NCBI GenBank assembly: GCA_016208615.1
Contig: JACQXS010000121.1
Span: 9,160 to 73,159 of the forward strand
Direction of reading: 5' to 3'
DNA length: 64,000 nucleotides
DNA from: Candidatus Stahliibacteriota bacterium
GTDB lineage: Bacteria > Hydrothermota > UBA3073 > JACQXS01
Part shown: positions 1 through 10,164 of the stretch, in pieces
Layout: each line of letters begins with the position of its first letter
Numbering within the stretch: position 1 is the first letter of the stretch
Notes under the pieces: generated by a model
Told to the model about the DNA's origin: nothing
The model's database searches: none
Seen by the model: the letters and a program-made list of their open reading frames with translations, nothing else
Translations under genes and position numbers: made by a program

Positions 1-14
1 TGGTTTATCGTGGT

Positions 15-764
15 ATGGGAGTAGATAATATATCACGGCTCGGACTTGCAGTAAGTTTAGATGGGTTTGAGTTCTTTCGGTTTGATAAGCCGGTCTTTAG
101 TCCTACGACTTTACTTGAAGCCCGTGGTTGTGAAGACCCTCGGATGGTAAAGTTTGGAGATAAGTATTATATGACTTATACTGCTTATTCAGATAAAGGC
201 ACAAGGATAGGGATAGCAACTACGACTAATTTTTTGAATTGGGAGAGATTAGAAGTGGATTGGGATGACGAGAATAATAAAGATGCAGTGCTATTTCCGG
301 AGAAAATAAATGGTAAGTATGTACTTTTACATCGTCCAATGACAGAAAAGCGGATGGGAGTTTGGATTGCCTATTCAGACGATTTAATCCATTGGACAGG
401 ACATAAAGAAATAATGTCCCCTAATAATGATTGGGAGGGACAAAAATTAGGTGCTAATACTCCGCCTATCAAGACAGAAAAGGGATGGCTTCTAATTTAT
501 CACGGCACAGATGAACAGGGAGTATATAGATTAGGGGTAGCTTTTCTTGACCTACATAACCCATCCAAGTTAATCTATCAGCATCCATATCCAATACTTG
601 AGCCAACAGAAGATTACGAATTACGGGGTGAAATACCGCGAGTTGTCTTTGCGGGCGGGATATGCGAGGTCCAAGATAAATACTATATCTATTATGGTGC
701 TGCTGATAGAGTAATAGGTGTAGCTATTGCCGAAAAGGAGGAGATATTAAATCTTGTTAATTAA
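15..764 (+). CDS. GH130 glycoside phosphorylase/hydrolase (5' end probably outside window)
   Basis: GCEDPR, NNKDAVLFPEKINGKY, WLLIYHG, YYGAAD motifs. Confidence 0.9.
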   Translation: MGVDNISRLGLAVSLDGFEFFRFDKPVFSPTTLLEARGCEDPRMVKFGDKYYMTYTAYSDKGTRIGIATTTNFLNWERLEVDWDDENNKDAVLFPEKINGKYVLLHRPMTEKRMGVWIAYSDDLIHWTGHKEIMSPNNDWEGQKLGANTPPIKTEKGWLLIYHGTDEQGVYRLGVAFLDLHNPSKLIYQHPYPILEPTEDYELRGEIPRVVFAGGICEVQDKYYIYYGAADRVIGVAIAEKEEILNLVN

Positions 765-779
765 TAATGGGAGGGCGAG

Positions 780-992
780 ATGAGTTATAAAGTAATTATA
801 GAAGAGGAAAATGACGGAAGATATTCAGCTTCCTGCCCCGGGCTTCCAGGATGTTATTCATGGGGACATAGCAAAAAGGAAGCACTTGAAAATATCAAAG
901 AAGCTATAGAAGGTTATTTAGAAGTAGCAGATGAGTTGATAAATGAGAAGCTCCGGAATAAGAAAGCAGTTTTAGAAGAAATTACAGTATAA
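780..992 (+). CDS. hicB: HicB-family antitoxin
   Basis: 70 aa, CPGLPGCYSWGHSKKEALENIKEAI. Confidence 0.9.
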   Translation: MSYKVIIEEENDGRYSASCPGLPGCYSWGHSKKEALENIKEAIEGYLEVADELINEKLRNKKAVLEEITV

Positions 993-994
993 GT

Positions 995-1165
995 ATGGGC
1001 AAAATGATTCCTGTATCGGGGAACCGGATGGTCAAAGTCCTTCAAGAAGTGGGATTTGTCATAAAAAGACAGAAGGGGAGCCATATTATAATGAGCGACG
1101 GAAACAGAATAGTAGTAGTTCCTTGTCATGGGAATGAAACCTATCTTGCAAGAGCATATAGTTAA
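995..1165 (+). pseudogene. hicA: HicA-family toxin, C-terminally truncated (56 aa)
   Basis: Read by hand: VLQEVGFVIKRQKGSHIIM..VVVPCHG, TAA at 1163-1165; lacks the usual GTLxxIL tail. Confidence 0.75.
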
Positions 1166-1421
1166 AGCTTGTAAAATCAAAAAGTGTAAGCGTTTTTTAG
1201 AAGAAGGAAAGAATTATACCAAACAATAATTAAAAATCTTTATGCTTATCCACTTAACTCCATTAAATTTATGCCTATTCCCGCTATTGGTGGGACTTTC
1301 CTGCCCTTATCAGTCATTTTCAGGGAGAGAAGCAAAACCATTGTATATCAGCCTATTCCAGAAGATTAGTGGAGCAAAGGAGATAAGCATTAAAATCTTT
1401 TAGTGAAAGAGGAGGAGAAAA

Positions 1422-2540
1422 ATGGGGATTTTTGATTTTATATCAAAAAAGAGGAAAGAAAGTGATGAAAAGACGAAGGGAAAAGGCAAGAAAGTACATC
1501 ACTTCTATCCAACATCTTCAACTACAACAAAGAAACCCAAAAAGGTAACTGATAGAACTACCAGAAGAAAGGGAGAAAAAAAGCCCAAAAACGAAAAGAA
1601 ACTACTTCAAGATTTTAAAGACTATTGCATAAGAAAAAGTATACCAGATGAGAAGTTAAATTTAATTGAAAAAGAAATAGATGATCTGAAGTGGCTTCAG
1701 GACGAAGATCAAAGGAGATTGAGTTGGGAGAGGATTTGCAATAATAAAGAATTATTTCAAGAGTTTGTCAAAGAAAACAAAGATAAGGTGGATTGGAAAT
1801 TATTATGTAGTGAAATAGCATACTACTGGATATCGGAAAAATTTATCAGAGAATTCCAAGATAAAGTAGACTGGAAGGAACTTTCAAAAATTTGGACTCT
1901 TCACGAGTCTTTTTCTGGTAAAGACAAGATAGAATTAGCTTTAGATTCCGGCCCAAATCCAAGAACCGTTACTCTTCTCATTATCCCATTTTCTCAAGAG
2001 TTTGCTAAAGACTTTCGAGATAAAATAGATTGGACTATAGCAAAGAAACCAATTAGTATGCTCATAGAAGAAAATAAAGAATTGAAAGCCATTAGTGACT
2101 CCTGCATAGAGAAAGCAAAGCAATGTCCAATTACAGAAAAAAGAGATTACATTGCTCTTGCCAGTAATGCAATATATGATGCAACTGAGAGGGATTACGC
2201 CCAACGGGAGAGAGACAAGTATATGATAGAGCGTTTATATAAAGAAGACCCCATCCTTCTGCAGATATATAAAGATGCACTAAAAGAAGCAATTAAAGAA
2301 CTTGAAGCCAAATCTGCTGAAAAGCAAGAAATAGAATATAGACAGAGAGAAAGAGAGATAGAAAGAGAACCGCCAAGAGAATCTATGGTTACCAAAGCAG
2401 GAAAAGCATTTTTACGGTCTCCCGGTCTTCAAGATGCTACTGCGGCATTTTGGGCAGTTAGTCATTTAGCTGAAAAAATGGGTAAAGATTTAGAAAAGGA
2501 GCAAAAAGAAAACTATGAAAAATGGTTAAGAGGGTATTAG
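1422..2540 (+). CDS. Hypothetical Lys/Glu-rich protein with three DK(V/I)DW tryptophan repeats
   Basis: 372-aa ORF with GGAGGAG RBS. Confidence 0.7.
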   Translation: MGIFDFISKKRKESDEKTKGKGKKVHHFYPTSSTTTKKPKKVTDRTTRRKGEKKPKNEKKLLQDFKDYCIRKSIPDEKLNLIEKEIDDLKWLQDEDQRRLSWERICNNKELFQEFVKENKDKVDWKLLCSEIAYYWISEKFIREFQDKVDWKELSKIWTLHESFSGKDKIELALDSGPNPRTVTLLIIPFSQEFAKDFRDKIDWTIAKKPISMLIEENKELKAISDSCIEKAKQCPITEKRDYIALASNAIYDATERDYAQRERDKYMIERLYKEDPILLQIYKDALKEAIKELEAKSAEKQEIEYRQREREIEREPPRESMVTKAGKAFLRSPGLQDATAAFWAVSHLAEKMGKDLEKEQKENYEKWLRGY

Positions 2541-2665
2541 CATTGTTAGACCAATATGCAGAAATGGTAAGAAAGTAGCAATCGGTGTTTATTTTTATTG
2601 CTTGGATGTGGGTGAGTTTAAGACAACGAGGAAGCTTATGATATTAAAATAGATGGAGGCAGAAA

Positions 2666-3592
2666 ATGAAGATATTTGATAGATATAAGAATAATCCGAT
2701 ACTTATGCCTATAAAAGAGCATCCGTGGGAAGCGTTTATGGTCTATAATTGTGGTGCTATTTATAAAAATGGTAAAGTTTATCTAATATACAGGGCACAG
2801 GGAGAAAAGGGTGGTGTATCAAGGTTTGGGCTTGCATCAAGTAAAGATGGCTTTCATATAGATGAGCGGTTACCCGACCCAATATATGCTCCTGAGCCGG
2901 GTAATGAGTTTGAACTTTATGGCTGTGAGGATCCGCGTCTTACTTTGCTTGGAGATAGGATTTATATGTGTTATAGTGCTATTGGTGAGTTAAGTCAAAT
3001 GACTTCGTATGCCAAAACAATACAGGTAGGAATGACATCTATTAGTGTTCAGGATTTCCTTGTCTCTAAATGGAATTGGGGTAAGCGAATCTATCCATTA
3101 CCACGAGTAGATAATAAGAATGCGTGTCTTTTGCCTGAAAAAATAAATGGTAAATATGTTATGTTTCACCGACTTCCACCGCATATATGGATATCGTATT
3201 CGGATGATTTGGAACATTGGGGGGGCTTAAAAATTCTAATGAGTCCACAAAAGGAGTGGGAATATTTTAAGGTCGGACTAGGTCCTTCGCCTATTAAGAC
3301 AGAAAAGGGATGGCTATTTATTTATCATGGAGTAGATAATAAGCTGCGATATAGGTTGGGGTTGGCTTTTTTAGACCTTGCTGACCCATCTAAAGTAATT
3401 TGGCGTAGCAGTGAGCCAATTCTTGAACCCGAAGAAGAGTTTGAAAAAAAAGGCGTTATTCCTAATGTAGTTTATAGTTGCGGAGCAGTAGTGATTGGGG
3501 AGAAGCTTTTCATTTATTACGGTGCTGCGGATACGGTTATATGTGTGGCGACCACTAAACTATCTAATCTACTATCACTGATAAAGAGATGA
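2666..3592 (+). CDS. GH130 glycoside phosphorylase/hydrolase
   Basis: NPIL, VYNCGA, GCEDPR, YYGAAD motifs. Confidence 0.92.
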   Translation: MKIFDRYKNNPILMPIKEHPWEAFMVYNCGAIYKNGKVYLIYRAQGEKGGVSRFGLASSKDGFHIDERLPDPIYAPEPGNEFELYGCEDPRLTLLGDRIYMCYSAIGELSQMTSYAKTIQVGMTSISVQDFLVSKWNWGKRIYPLPRVDNKNACLLPEKINGKYVMFHRLPPHIWISYSDDLEHWGGLKILMSPQKEWEYFKVGLGPSPIKTEKGWLFIYHGVDNKLRYRLGLAFLDLADPSKVIWRSSEPILEPEEEFEKKGVIPNVVYSCGAVVIGEKLFIYYGAADTVICVATTKLSNLLSLIKR

Positions 3593-4809
3593 AAATAGGG
3601 GCAGAATTGGGTGAGGGCGAAATAGTAAAGATTGCGAGTGATAAGTATATCTTTAAGATTGCTTCATATACTAATAATCCAATCTTGAAACCCCAAGATA
3701 TTGGACTTGTGTGGGAAGAGGATGGTAAACTACACACGGGTGCTGTGTTTAATGGCGGGGCTGAAATATTTGTTGAAAATTCCCGATTAAAATCGGGGGA
3801 AGATAAAATAATACTTACTCCGCGTTGCCATAAATACTATAAGAAGGGTAAGTTCTTTGACCCTAATCTTGGAATTGAACGCTCGTATATGGAAAATTAC
3901 ATTTCTGAGGTATGGGTGCTATCAAGCGAAGATGGGATTAAGTTTAATAGATTTAAGAATGTTGAAAATCCCGTTGAAAATCCCGCAGCAGGCGGGGCAG
4001 CAAGCGGGGTGGTCATCAAAGGAGATAGAAGCGAGCATAAGGATTTTATTTATGGAATAGAAGATATAAGAATTATTAGGCATAGTGATTATTATTTCCT
4101 TATAGGGTGTGGCAAAATTAAACCCCCATTTAAGGGTAAAAATGCTGATAGAATTGCTATTTATACTACACAGGATTTTAGCAATATCAAATATCACGGT
4201 ATAATAGATGCTTTTGATTCACGGAATGCTGTTTTTTTTGATAATTATATGTTGCTCAGGTTTTATCCTAATATGCATTTAGCGAGAGTTGAGCCGGAAC
4301 AATTATTAAATCCTGTTGAGCATCGTGAATATTGGGAGCAAATTTATGATAGAAGGGAGCATAACTTACTACTTAAAGCAGGTATTTATCCTCATGAAAG
4401 CGAAAAGATAGGTGCTGGCACACAAGCGATTAAAACAGATAGGGGATGGCTAATTATTTATCATGCGGTAGGTGAAATAGGAGCGGATATTTGTAAATCT
4501 TACGGCATAAAAGATGGAATTAAGCGTAGCTATTCTGTATGTACGGCTTTATTAGATTTGGCTGACCCGCATAAAGTAATTTGTCGGACTAATTTGCCAA
4601 TTTATATCCCTTCTATGCCATATGAATTATATGGAAATGAACAATACCCGGTTGATATACCATCAGTTGTTTTTCCTGTAGGTGCAATAGTTTATGAAGA
4701 TAAGCTACTTATCTATTGTGGAGCTGGAGATAAATATACTATACTTTTGAGCTGTAGCACGGATAAGTTAGTGAACTATCTTTTAGAGTATTGTGAAATT
4801 CAAACTTGA
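3589..4809 (+). CDS. GH130-like protein with two in-frame repeat insertions
   Basis: AVFNGGA, GIEDIR, WLIIYHAV, YCGAGD; ATGA overlap with upstream gene. Confidence 0.85.
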   Translation: MKIGAELGEGEIVKIASDKYIFKIASYTNNPILKPQDIGLVWEEDGKLHTGAVFNGGAEIFVENSRLKSGEDKIILTPRCHKYYKKGKFFDPNLGIERSYMENYISEVWVLSSEDGIKFNRFKNVENPVENPAAGGAASGVVIKGDRSEHKDFIYGIEDIRIIRHSDYYFLIGCGKIKPPFKGKNADRIAIYTTQDFSNIKYHGIIDAFDSRNAVFFDNYMLLRFYPNMHLARVEPEQLLNPVEHREYWEQIYDRREHNLLLKAGIYPHESEKIGAGTQAIKTDRGWLIIYHAVGEIGADICKSYGIKDGIKRSYSVCTALLDLADPHKVICRTNLPIYIPSMPYELYGNEQYPVDIPSVVFPVGAIVYEDKLLIYCGAGDKYTILLSCSTDKLVNYLLEYCEIQT

Positions 4810-4844
4810 CAATTCTCTATTTCTTTGTATAAGTATATTAAAAT

Positions 4845-4917
4845 GCGGGTGTAGTTCAGTTGGTAGAACGTCAGCTTCCCAAGCTGGATGTCGTGGGTCC
4901 GAGTCCCATCACCCGCT
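4845..4917 (+). tRNA. tRNA-Gly(CCC), CCA not encoded
   Basis: GCGGGTG/CACCCGC acceptor, anticodon loop TT-CCC-AA; TTGACA at 4806. Confidence 0.92.
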
Positions 4918-5093
4918 TAGGATAATTTAGTAAAATGAACGACTCTAAAAAGGAATTTTATTTTAATATCAAAGATATAAAATCAAATAGCAAGTATACA
5001 AATCAAAAATTAAAAAGTAGGGATACATCAGAGATAATCGGAATCTTTACATACACTCAAAGATAAGGAATAATATTTGATATTGTTTTATAT

Positions 5094-5167
5094 GGGCACT
5101 TGGCGCAGTTGGTTAGCGCGCTTGCTTGACATGCAAGAGGCCAGAGGTTCAAATCCTCTAGTGCCCA
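5094..5167 (+). tRNA. tRNA-Val(GAC), CCA not encoded
   Basis: GGGCACT/AGTGCCC acceptor, CTTGC-TTGACAT-GCAAG anticodon arm, GGTTCAAATCC T arm. Confidence 0.95.
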
Positions 5168-5175
5168 GACTTAAA

Positions 5176-5214
5176 GATACGGAAAGGTCGCTGGTTCAAG
5201 TCCGGCACCACCCA
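5176..5214 (+). pseudogene. Orphan 3' half of a tRNA
   Basis: AGGTC-GCTGG-TTCAAGT-CCGGC-ACCACCCA; no matching 5' half upstream. Confidence 0.75.
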
Positions 5215-5234
5215 AAGAGTAAAAAGGAGACATA

Positions 5235-5726
5235 ATGAAGATACAAGAATTTTTGGGAGAAATAGAGGTTTTTAAGGGCTTAAATGCAAGTGACATTGAA
5301 AAGGTAGCCAATATTTGTATAGTAAAAGAGTTTAAGGATGGTGACACTATATTTTCTAAAGACGATATGTCCGAAGAATTGTATATCTTACAATCCGGTA
5401 GATGTGATGTAAAGATTTTTATGGGCAGCATAGAGAAAGCTTACACTCTTTATCAATTGAATGTGGGCGACATTTTTGGTGAACTTGGCTTTATTGATGG
5501 CTCACCAAGGTCTGCTACTGTCAATTGTAATAAGGAAGCAAAAGTTATCATCCTTCCAAGAGAAGCATTTGCTATGCTATGTAGCGAGAATACTCATATT
5601 GGACATATATTAATGAAGAATATAGCTGTTGTTTTAGCCCACAAACTCAGAGAAACAGATGAAGAGATTAAAAACTTCTCACTCCCTCAAAAGATTAGAT
5701 TTAGAAAACTATTCCATATAGGATAA
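5235..5726 (+). CDS. Cyclic nucleotide-binding domain protein (no HTH)
   Basis: GDIFGELGFIDGSPRSATV. Confidence 0.9.
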   Translation: MKIQEFLGEIEVFKGLNASDIEKVANICIVKEFKDGDTIFSKDDMSEELYILQSGRCDVKIFMGSIEKAYTLYQLNVGDIFGELGFIDGSPRSATVNCNKEAKVIILPREAFAMLCSENTHIGHILMKNIAVVLAHKLRETDEEIKNFSLPQKIRFRKLFHIG

Positions 5727-5756
5727 ACTATATATAGTCTGATAGTCGTTATGACC

Positions 5757-7802
5757 TTACGAGTTTTGTTTAGTTTTATTTGGTAGGGGTAGAGTAAGTT
5801 GTTTATCTCCAGTTATAGTTGGCAGTCCTATCCTTTGTTCCACTGTTTGTAGAATTTTTTCCAGCATCTCTTTGTATGATATATTGGCAATTTTTGCCAT
5901 TTTAGCCAAATGCCCATCCCAACACCAACCTGGATTAGGATTTACTTCAAGCAGATGTGGATTACCCTCACTATCAAGTCTCCAATCAAACCTGCAATAA
6001 TCGCGGCAATCAAGACGCTCAAATAATTCTACACACCACTCTCTAATAAGTTTCTGTGTCTCGCCCTGTAAATTAGCAGGAATAGATTTGATATTATTCC
6101 AATAAGGCGAGTTAGGTAGCCATTTGGCTTCGTAACCACAGATGCGTGGTAATCCATCCGGTAAAAGCGAGTAATCCTCTTCAATGAGGGGCAAAATCTT
6201 ATACGACTCTGGTGGATTACCTATTATCCCTACACTAACATCGCTTCCTGTAAGATATTCCTCTACAAGGATAGGTTTATCGTAGCCAAATTTATCCCGT
6301 ATTTCAGAAATGGCATTTACCAGTGTCTCCACATTAGTAGCTACACTTCGTTGAGTTATGCCAAAGCTTGAGTCACCAAAGTTTGGCTTGACTATAACTG
6401 GGAAATCAAATTGTAATCCAAAAACAGTGTCCTCAGGTTTAATGAAAAATGCTTTGGGGATCGGGATACCCATTTCTTCTGCAATGCCACGGACAAGTGA
6501 TTTGTCATAACAATTAGCAAGGCATTGGGGTCCGCTACCTGTATAAGATATTCCGAGTATCTCTAATAAAGCAGGTATATGTAATTCTTTAATCGGCTCA
6601 TTATAGTATCCCTCGTCACAAAGATTGAGCACAAAATCTACTTTACCACGCAAATTCAATAAATCCGGAATAAGAGTAGTATGGTTATTCAAATAGATAA
6701 ACCGATATGAAGGTAGCTCTCTTAAAGCATCTTTTAACTGGTCTATGGTATAGAAATCATCCTCATCAAACACAGCCAATGGTTTTATTACATCTTGCCT
6801 GCCCGGGTCACCCAAAACTACTGCTACAACTTGCGCATCTTCTTTGGGTTTTTTCTTTTCCGGCGTCCATTCCTTTCTTGCCACAGCAGAAGCAATAAGA
6901 CGGCGTTCCATCATCCCTAAATCCTGATTCCGCTTAGAGTCGGCAATAAATTCAGCGTGAAAAACAACATCCTTAAACCCTGCTTCCTCTAAAAGGTGGG
7001 TCAAACTTTCCTTAGTATAAAGGCGTTCGGCATAAAATTGGTCTGCCAACACTCCCTTCTGTGTGTGATTGATTACTTCTCTTGATATAAGTCTTTGCTC
7101 ATCAGTAGAAAGCGACCTTTCACGGCAGACAAAATGGCTCTTATCTATCCATTCCCACGAGCGGGGATGGAAATTGGCTCTCAAATAGGCGCCATCAGCC
7201 ACATCTATAAGCAACTTAGCCCATGGCTTTAGAACTCTAATTACCTCTTTTAGCACGCGTAAATCTTCTTTAACCGTATCAAAATAGCCAAAACTATTGC
7301 CCAAAATCATAACAACATCAAAACTATCAGTTGTATAGGGTAATTTCCTCGCATCTCCTTCTCGAAATTTAACAAAAATGCCTTCCTTTTTAGCAGTGGA
7401 TTTAGACTTCTGAATAAGGTAATGCGAACGGTCTAATCCATCAATATACTTAAATCCTCTTCTGGCAAATTCAAGAGCGTGTCGACCCTGACCACAACAT
7501 AAATCAAGTACCTTATCTTCGGGCGAAAGCTTTAGAATATTGGAAAATAAATCAATTTCTTGACGAGTTATGGATTGGTCATCTACTATATCACCATCCG
7601 TTTTGAGGTAAAGTGAGTTAAATATTCTGCACCACCAATCTGAACTCACATGTTCTTCCAGACTTTTTACCGGTCCTAATAACTTTACCCCATGTTTCAC
7701 TCCTTTACCTCTGCGTTGTTGTAGCGGAGTTCCGCTTTTGGCGGAATAAACTCCACTCTCGTTCCGATGAGACGGAGGTTTTTCCTCCCCCTTTTCTGCC
7801 AT
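5757..7802 (-). CDS. Class I SAM methyltransferase fused to Ddl-like ATP-grasp ligase
   Basis: VLDLCCGQGRH; PVIVKPNFGDSSFGI, RFDWRLD, LEVNPNPG. Confidence 0.88.
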   Translation of the reverse strand: MAEKGEEKPPSHRNESGVYSAKSGTPLQQRRGKGVKHGVKLLGPVKSLEEHVSSDWWCRIFNSLYLKTDGDIVDDQSITRQEIDLFSNILKLSPEDKVLDLCCGQGRHALEFARRGFKYIDGLDRSHYLIQKSKSTAKKEGIFVKFREGDARKLPYTTDSFDVVMILGNSFGYFDTVKEDLRVLKEVIRVLKPWAKLLIDVADGAYLRANFHPRSWEWIDKSHFVCRERSLSTDEQRLISREVINHTQKGVLADQFYAERLYTKESLTHLLEEAGFKDVVFHAEFIADSKRNQDLGMMERRLIASAVARKEWTPEKKKPKEDAQVVAVVLGDPGRQDVIKPLAVFDEDDFYTIDQLKDALRELPSYRFIYLNNHTTLIPDLLNLRGKVDFVLNLCDEGYYNEPIKELHIPALLEILGISYTGSGPQCLANCYDKSLVRGIAEEMGIPIPKAFFIKPEDTVFGLQFDFPVIVKPNFGDSSFGITQRSVATNVETLVNAISEIRDKFGYDKPILVEEYLTGSDVSVGIIGNPPESYKILPLIEEDYSLLPDGLPRICGYEAKWLPNSPYWNNIKSIPANLQGETQKLIREWCVELFERLDCRDYCRFDWRLDSEGNPHLLEVNPNPGWCWDGHLAKMAKIANISYKEMLEKILQTVEQRIGLPTITGDKQLTLPLPNKTKQNS

Positions 7803-7981
7803 TTTAACCTCCTGTTTTATTAAATTGTTTTCAACTCCCCCGCTTGCTGCGGGATTCCCAACGGGATTTTCAACAAAATAAATAGATATAAGTGCTTGTC
7901 AAGTCTTTTTTTGTGCCGTATTATAAATTAATAAAATTTAGTGGCTAAAATAAGACTTTACCCAAAATAAATAAGGAAGTT

Positions 7982-9322
7982 TTAATAAAAATAAACGAAA
8001 TTAAGAAAAGGAAAGCCGATAGGAGCAACATTTGAAATCCACTCAAACATATGTGGGTATAGCAGGCCGAAATCTGCTGTAAGATTTGTTCCGCAAAACC
8101 TTGCCCCGATAAAAAGATTGGGAATGTGGTGGTACTCGTTGTCCCATTTTATTAGTAGGTGCCAGTATTCGGCTAAAAATTTAATTTTCCCTACTCCATT
8201 TTTTATTCCTACATAAGCACAAAATAAATTACCACCCATAGGGGTAAGGATTGCATTACCTGCTCCTCCTCCAAAAGTAATTTGAGTTCCCGGCTTTTCC
8301 TGAGTCATACCGACATAAGCTGCTCCCCAGAAGGTGTTTTCCACTTCTTGCATAAATGGCATAGCTATAAAATGCGCCCCACAGGATACATATTGCCCTT
8401 TACCTGAGTCATATACTTTTACCTTTGGACCAAAGTAGTATAACCAATTATCAGGAGTAGTAGGGATTAATGTAAAACCGAAATCTATCATAAAATTATT
8501 AGTCAATCCGTATGCCGTCCACACAAAAAATAACTCGTAATCAGCAAAGTATCTTTCTCCTTTCCTAAGAGTATTACCTGTGGGCATTATGAACAGTCGA
8601 GACTTATTAGGGTCTGCTCTAAATCCCTTTAGTTTGACGGTAATACCTGTTGATTCTGCTACTTTTTTTAACTTATTCTGAATATTGACCAATTCTGTAT
8701 CAGGTAAAAATACTATAGAAATATCGTCAGTTTTTGATTTGATTAATAGATAATAGAGAGTATCTTCCTTTAAGATTATGGCTTCCTCTAAGTCTTTGAC
8801 ATCAAACAGTTCAAAATGTTTGTTTTCTGTCTCATCAATTGTTTTACCTACATATGGCGAAAGTTCTATCGCTTTTAGTCTGCTTACAGGGCTGTACATA
8901 AATACCTTTCCTGTATCTCTCTTTACATATTCCATTCGCGGAATATTCCATTTCTCTTCAAAAGCCCGTTTGTTCTCATCTGACTTGCTTATTTCTTCAT
9001 AACGGTCCAAATAATCTCTAAGTATTTCAATTTCTCTCTCACTCTGTTGGAATCTTGTTTTTTCTTCCATCCCGTCCTTTTCATATCTAATTTCAGCAAC
9101 ATAAGTGCTATCCGGAAGTTGCAATAATACCGCCGATTTGAATCCTTTGATATCTTGGAAAAACTCAAAATGCTCCCTTTCTATTACATCTATTACCTCT
9201 CCCACTTTATCGCTGAGTATAATCACTTTTTCCTCATTCTCTGCCAATGCAGTCCCACCCCCACACACTCCTATTTGAATTGACAATAAGACTAATGCCT
9301 GAAACTTTAGAATTTTACCCAT
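7982..9322 (-). CDS. Exported hypothetical protein, probable C-terminal beta-barrel
   Basis: Signal-peptide-like N-term, alternating aromatic strands, ends FVYFY. Confidence 0.65.
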   Translation of the reverse strand: MGKILKFQALVLLSIQIGVCGGGTALAENEEKVIILSDKVGEVIDVIEREHFEFFQDIKGFKSAVLLQLPDSTYVAEIRYEKDGMEEKTRFQQSEREIEILRDYLDRYEEISKSDENKRAFEEKWNIPRMEYVKRDTGKVFMYSPVSRLKAIELSPYVGKTIDETENKHFELFDVKDLEEAIILKEDTLYYLLIKSKTDDISIVFLPDTELVNIQNKLKKVAESTGITVKLKGFRADPNKSRLFIMPTGNTLRKGERYFADYELFFVWTAYGLTNNFMIDFGFTLIPTTPDNWLYYFGPKVKVYDSGKGQYVSCGAHFIAMPFMQEVENTFWGAAYVGMTQEKPGTQITFGGGAGNAILTPMGGNLFCAYVGIKNGVGKIKFLAEYWHLLIKWDNEYHHIPNLFIGARFCGTNLTADFGLLYPHMFEWISNVAPIGFPFLNFVYFY

Positions 9323-9333
9323 ACATTCTCCTT

Positions 9334-10074
9334 TTAAAATTTTATGTATCCAGATATTCCTATAGCCATTATGTTTGTTACCTTTTCATAGGAAGTTTCG
9401 TAAGAAGAATAAGAAGTGTCTTCATCTGAATAATATACTTCATAGACTATAGGTGCAGTAATTTCTGGAAGAATATCAATTTCAAACATTAATCCTATGT
9501 TTCCTATCCCAGTATAATCTAATCCGAAAGAGGTAATCGTACTTCTTATGCTTTCTTGAAGGAGAACCTCCTCCTCGCAAGACGGCCCTCAACCACCGCC
9601 TGGTATAAACGCTTCGCACCAATATTTGTCATACCTTAATGTTGCGTAAGGAGTCATTGTTCCCATAGAATGACTGCAATAGAGGGTATAAAAAGAATTG
9701 ATGACATCATTAAGATATACTCCACCTGCTCCTATTGACAGGTTAGTGGCTTTAATTTTTAATGGACAAAGGATTAGTTCTCCCCGAGTTCCTACTGTGG
9801 AGTAACTCCATCTTGTGCTAATCCAATTAGATATAAGACCAAGAGAGCCAAATATTCCCGCACTTTGTTCAATTTTGGGATTGGACGAATTACCCGTTCC
9901 AAGAGTAAATCCAGCAATTGCTTCTTTCCATTTCATAGGCTCGGCAGTGGTCAAAATTGGCAAGATTTGCATTCGTGTAATCAAAGGATAGCGATACTCG
10001 TAAGCATTTGAGAGAGAAAGCGAGAACACCACAGATAAAATTACGATGTTGATTTTTAATCCATTATAATGCAT
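9334..10074 (-). CDS. Exported putative outer-membrane protein with in-frame TGA at 9591-9589 (selenoprotein candidate or nonsense pseudogene)
   Basis: Frame stays open 84 codons past the TGA to ...GISGYIKF-TAA just before the next gene's RBS. Confidence 0.6.
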
Positions 10075-10081
10075 AGCATGT

Positions 10082-10110
10082 ATTATAATATTATTAAAGC
10101 TGATCGTCAA
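10082..10110 (-). promoter_or_regulatory. sigma70 promoter, probably leaderless transcript
   Basis: TTGACG-17-TATAAT, ATG 7 nt after the -10. Confidence 0.75.
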
Positions 10111-10164
10111 GTTTTTTTACTGGTCTTCTGCCTTTTCATAGTTGAACTATTAGATTTTGAACTT

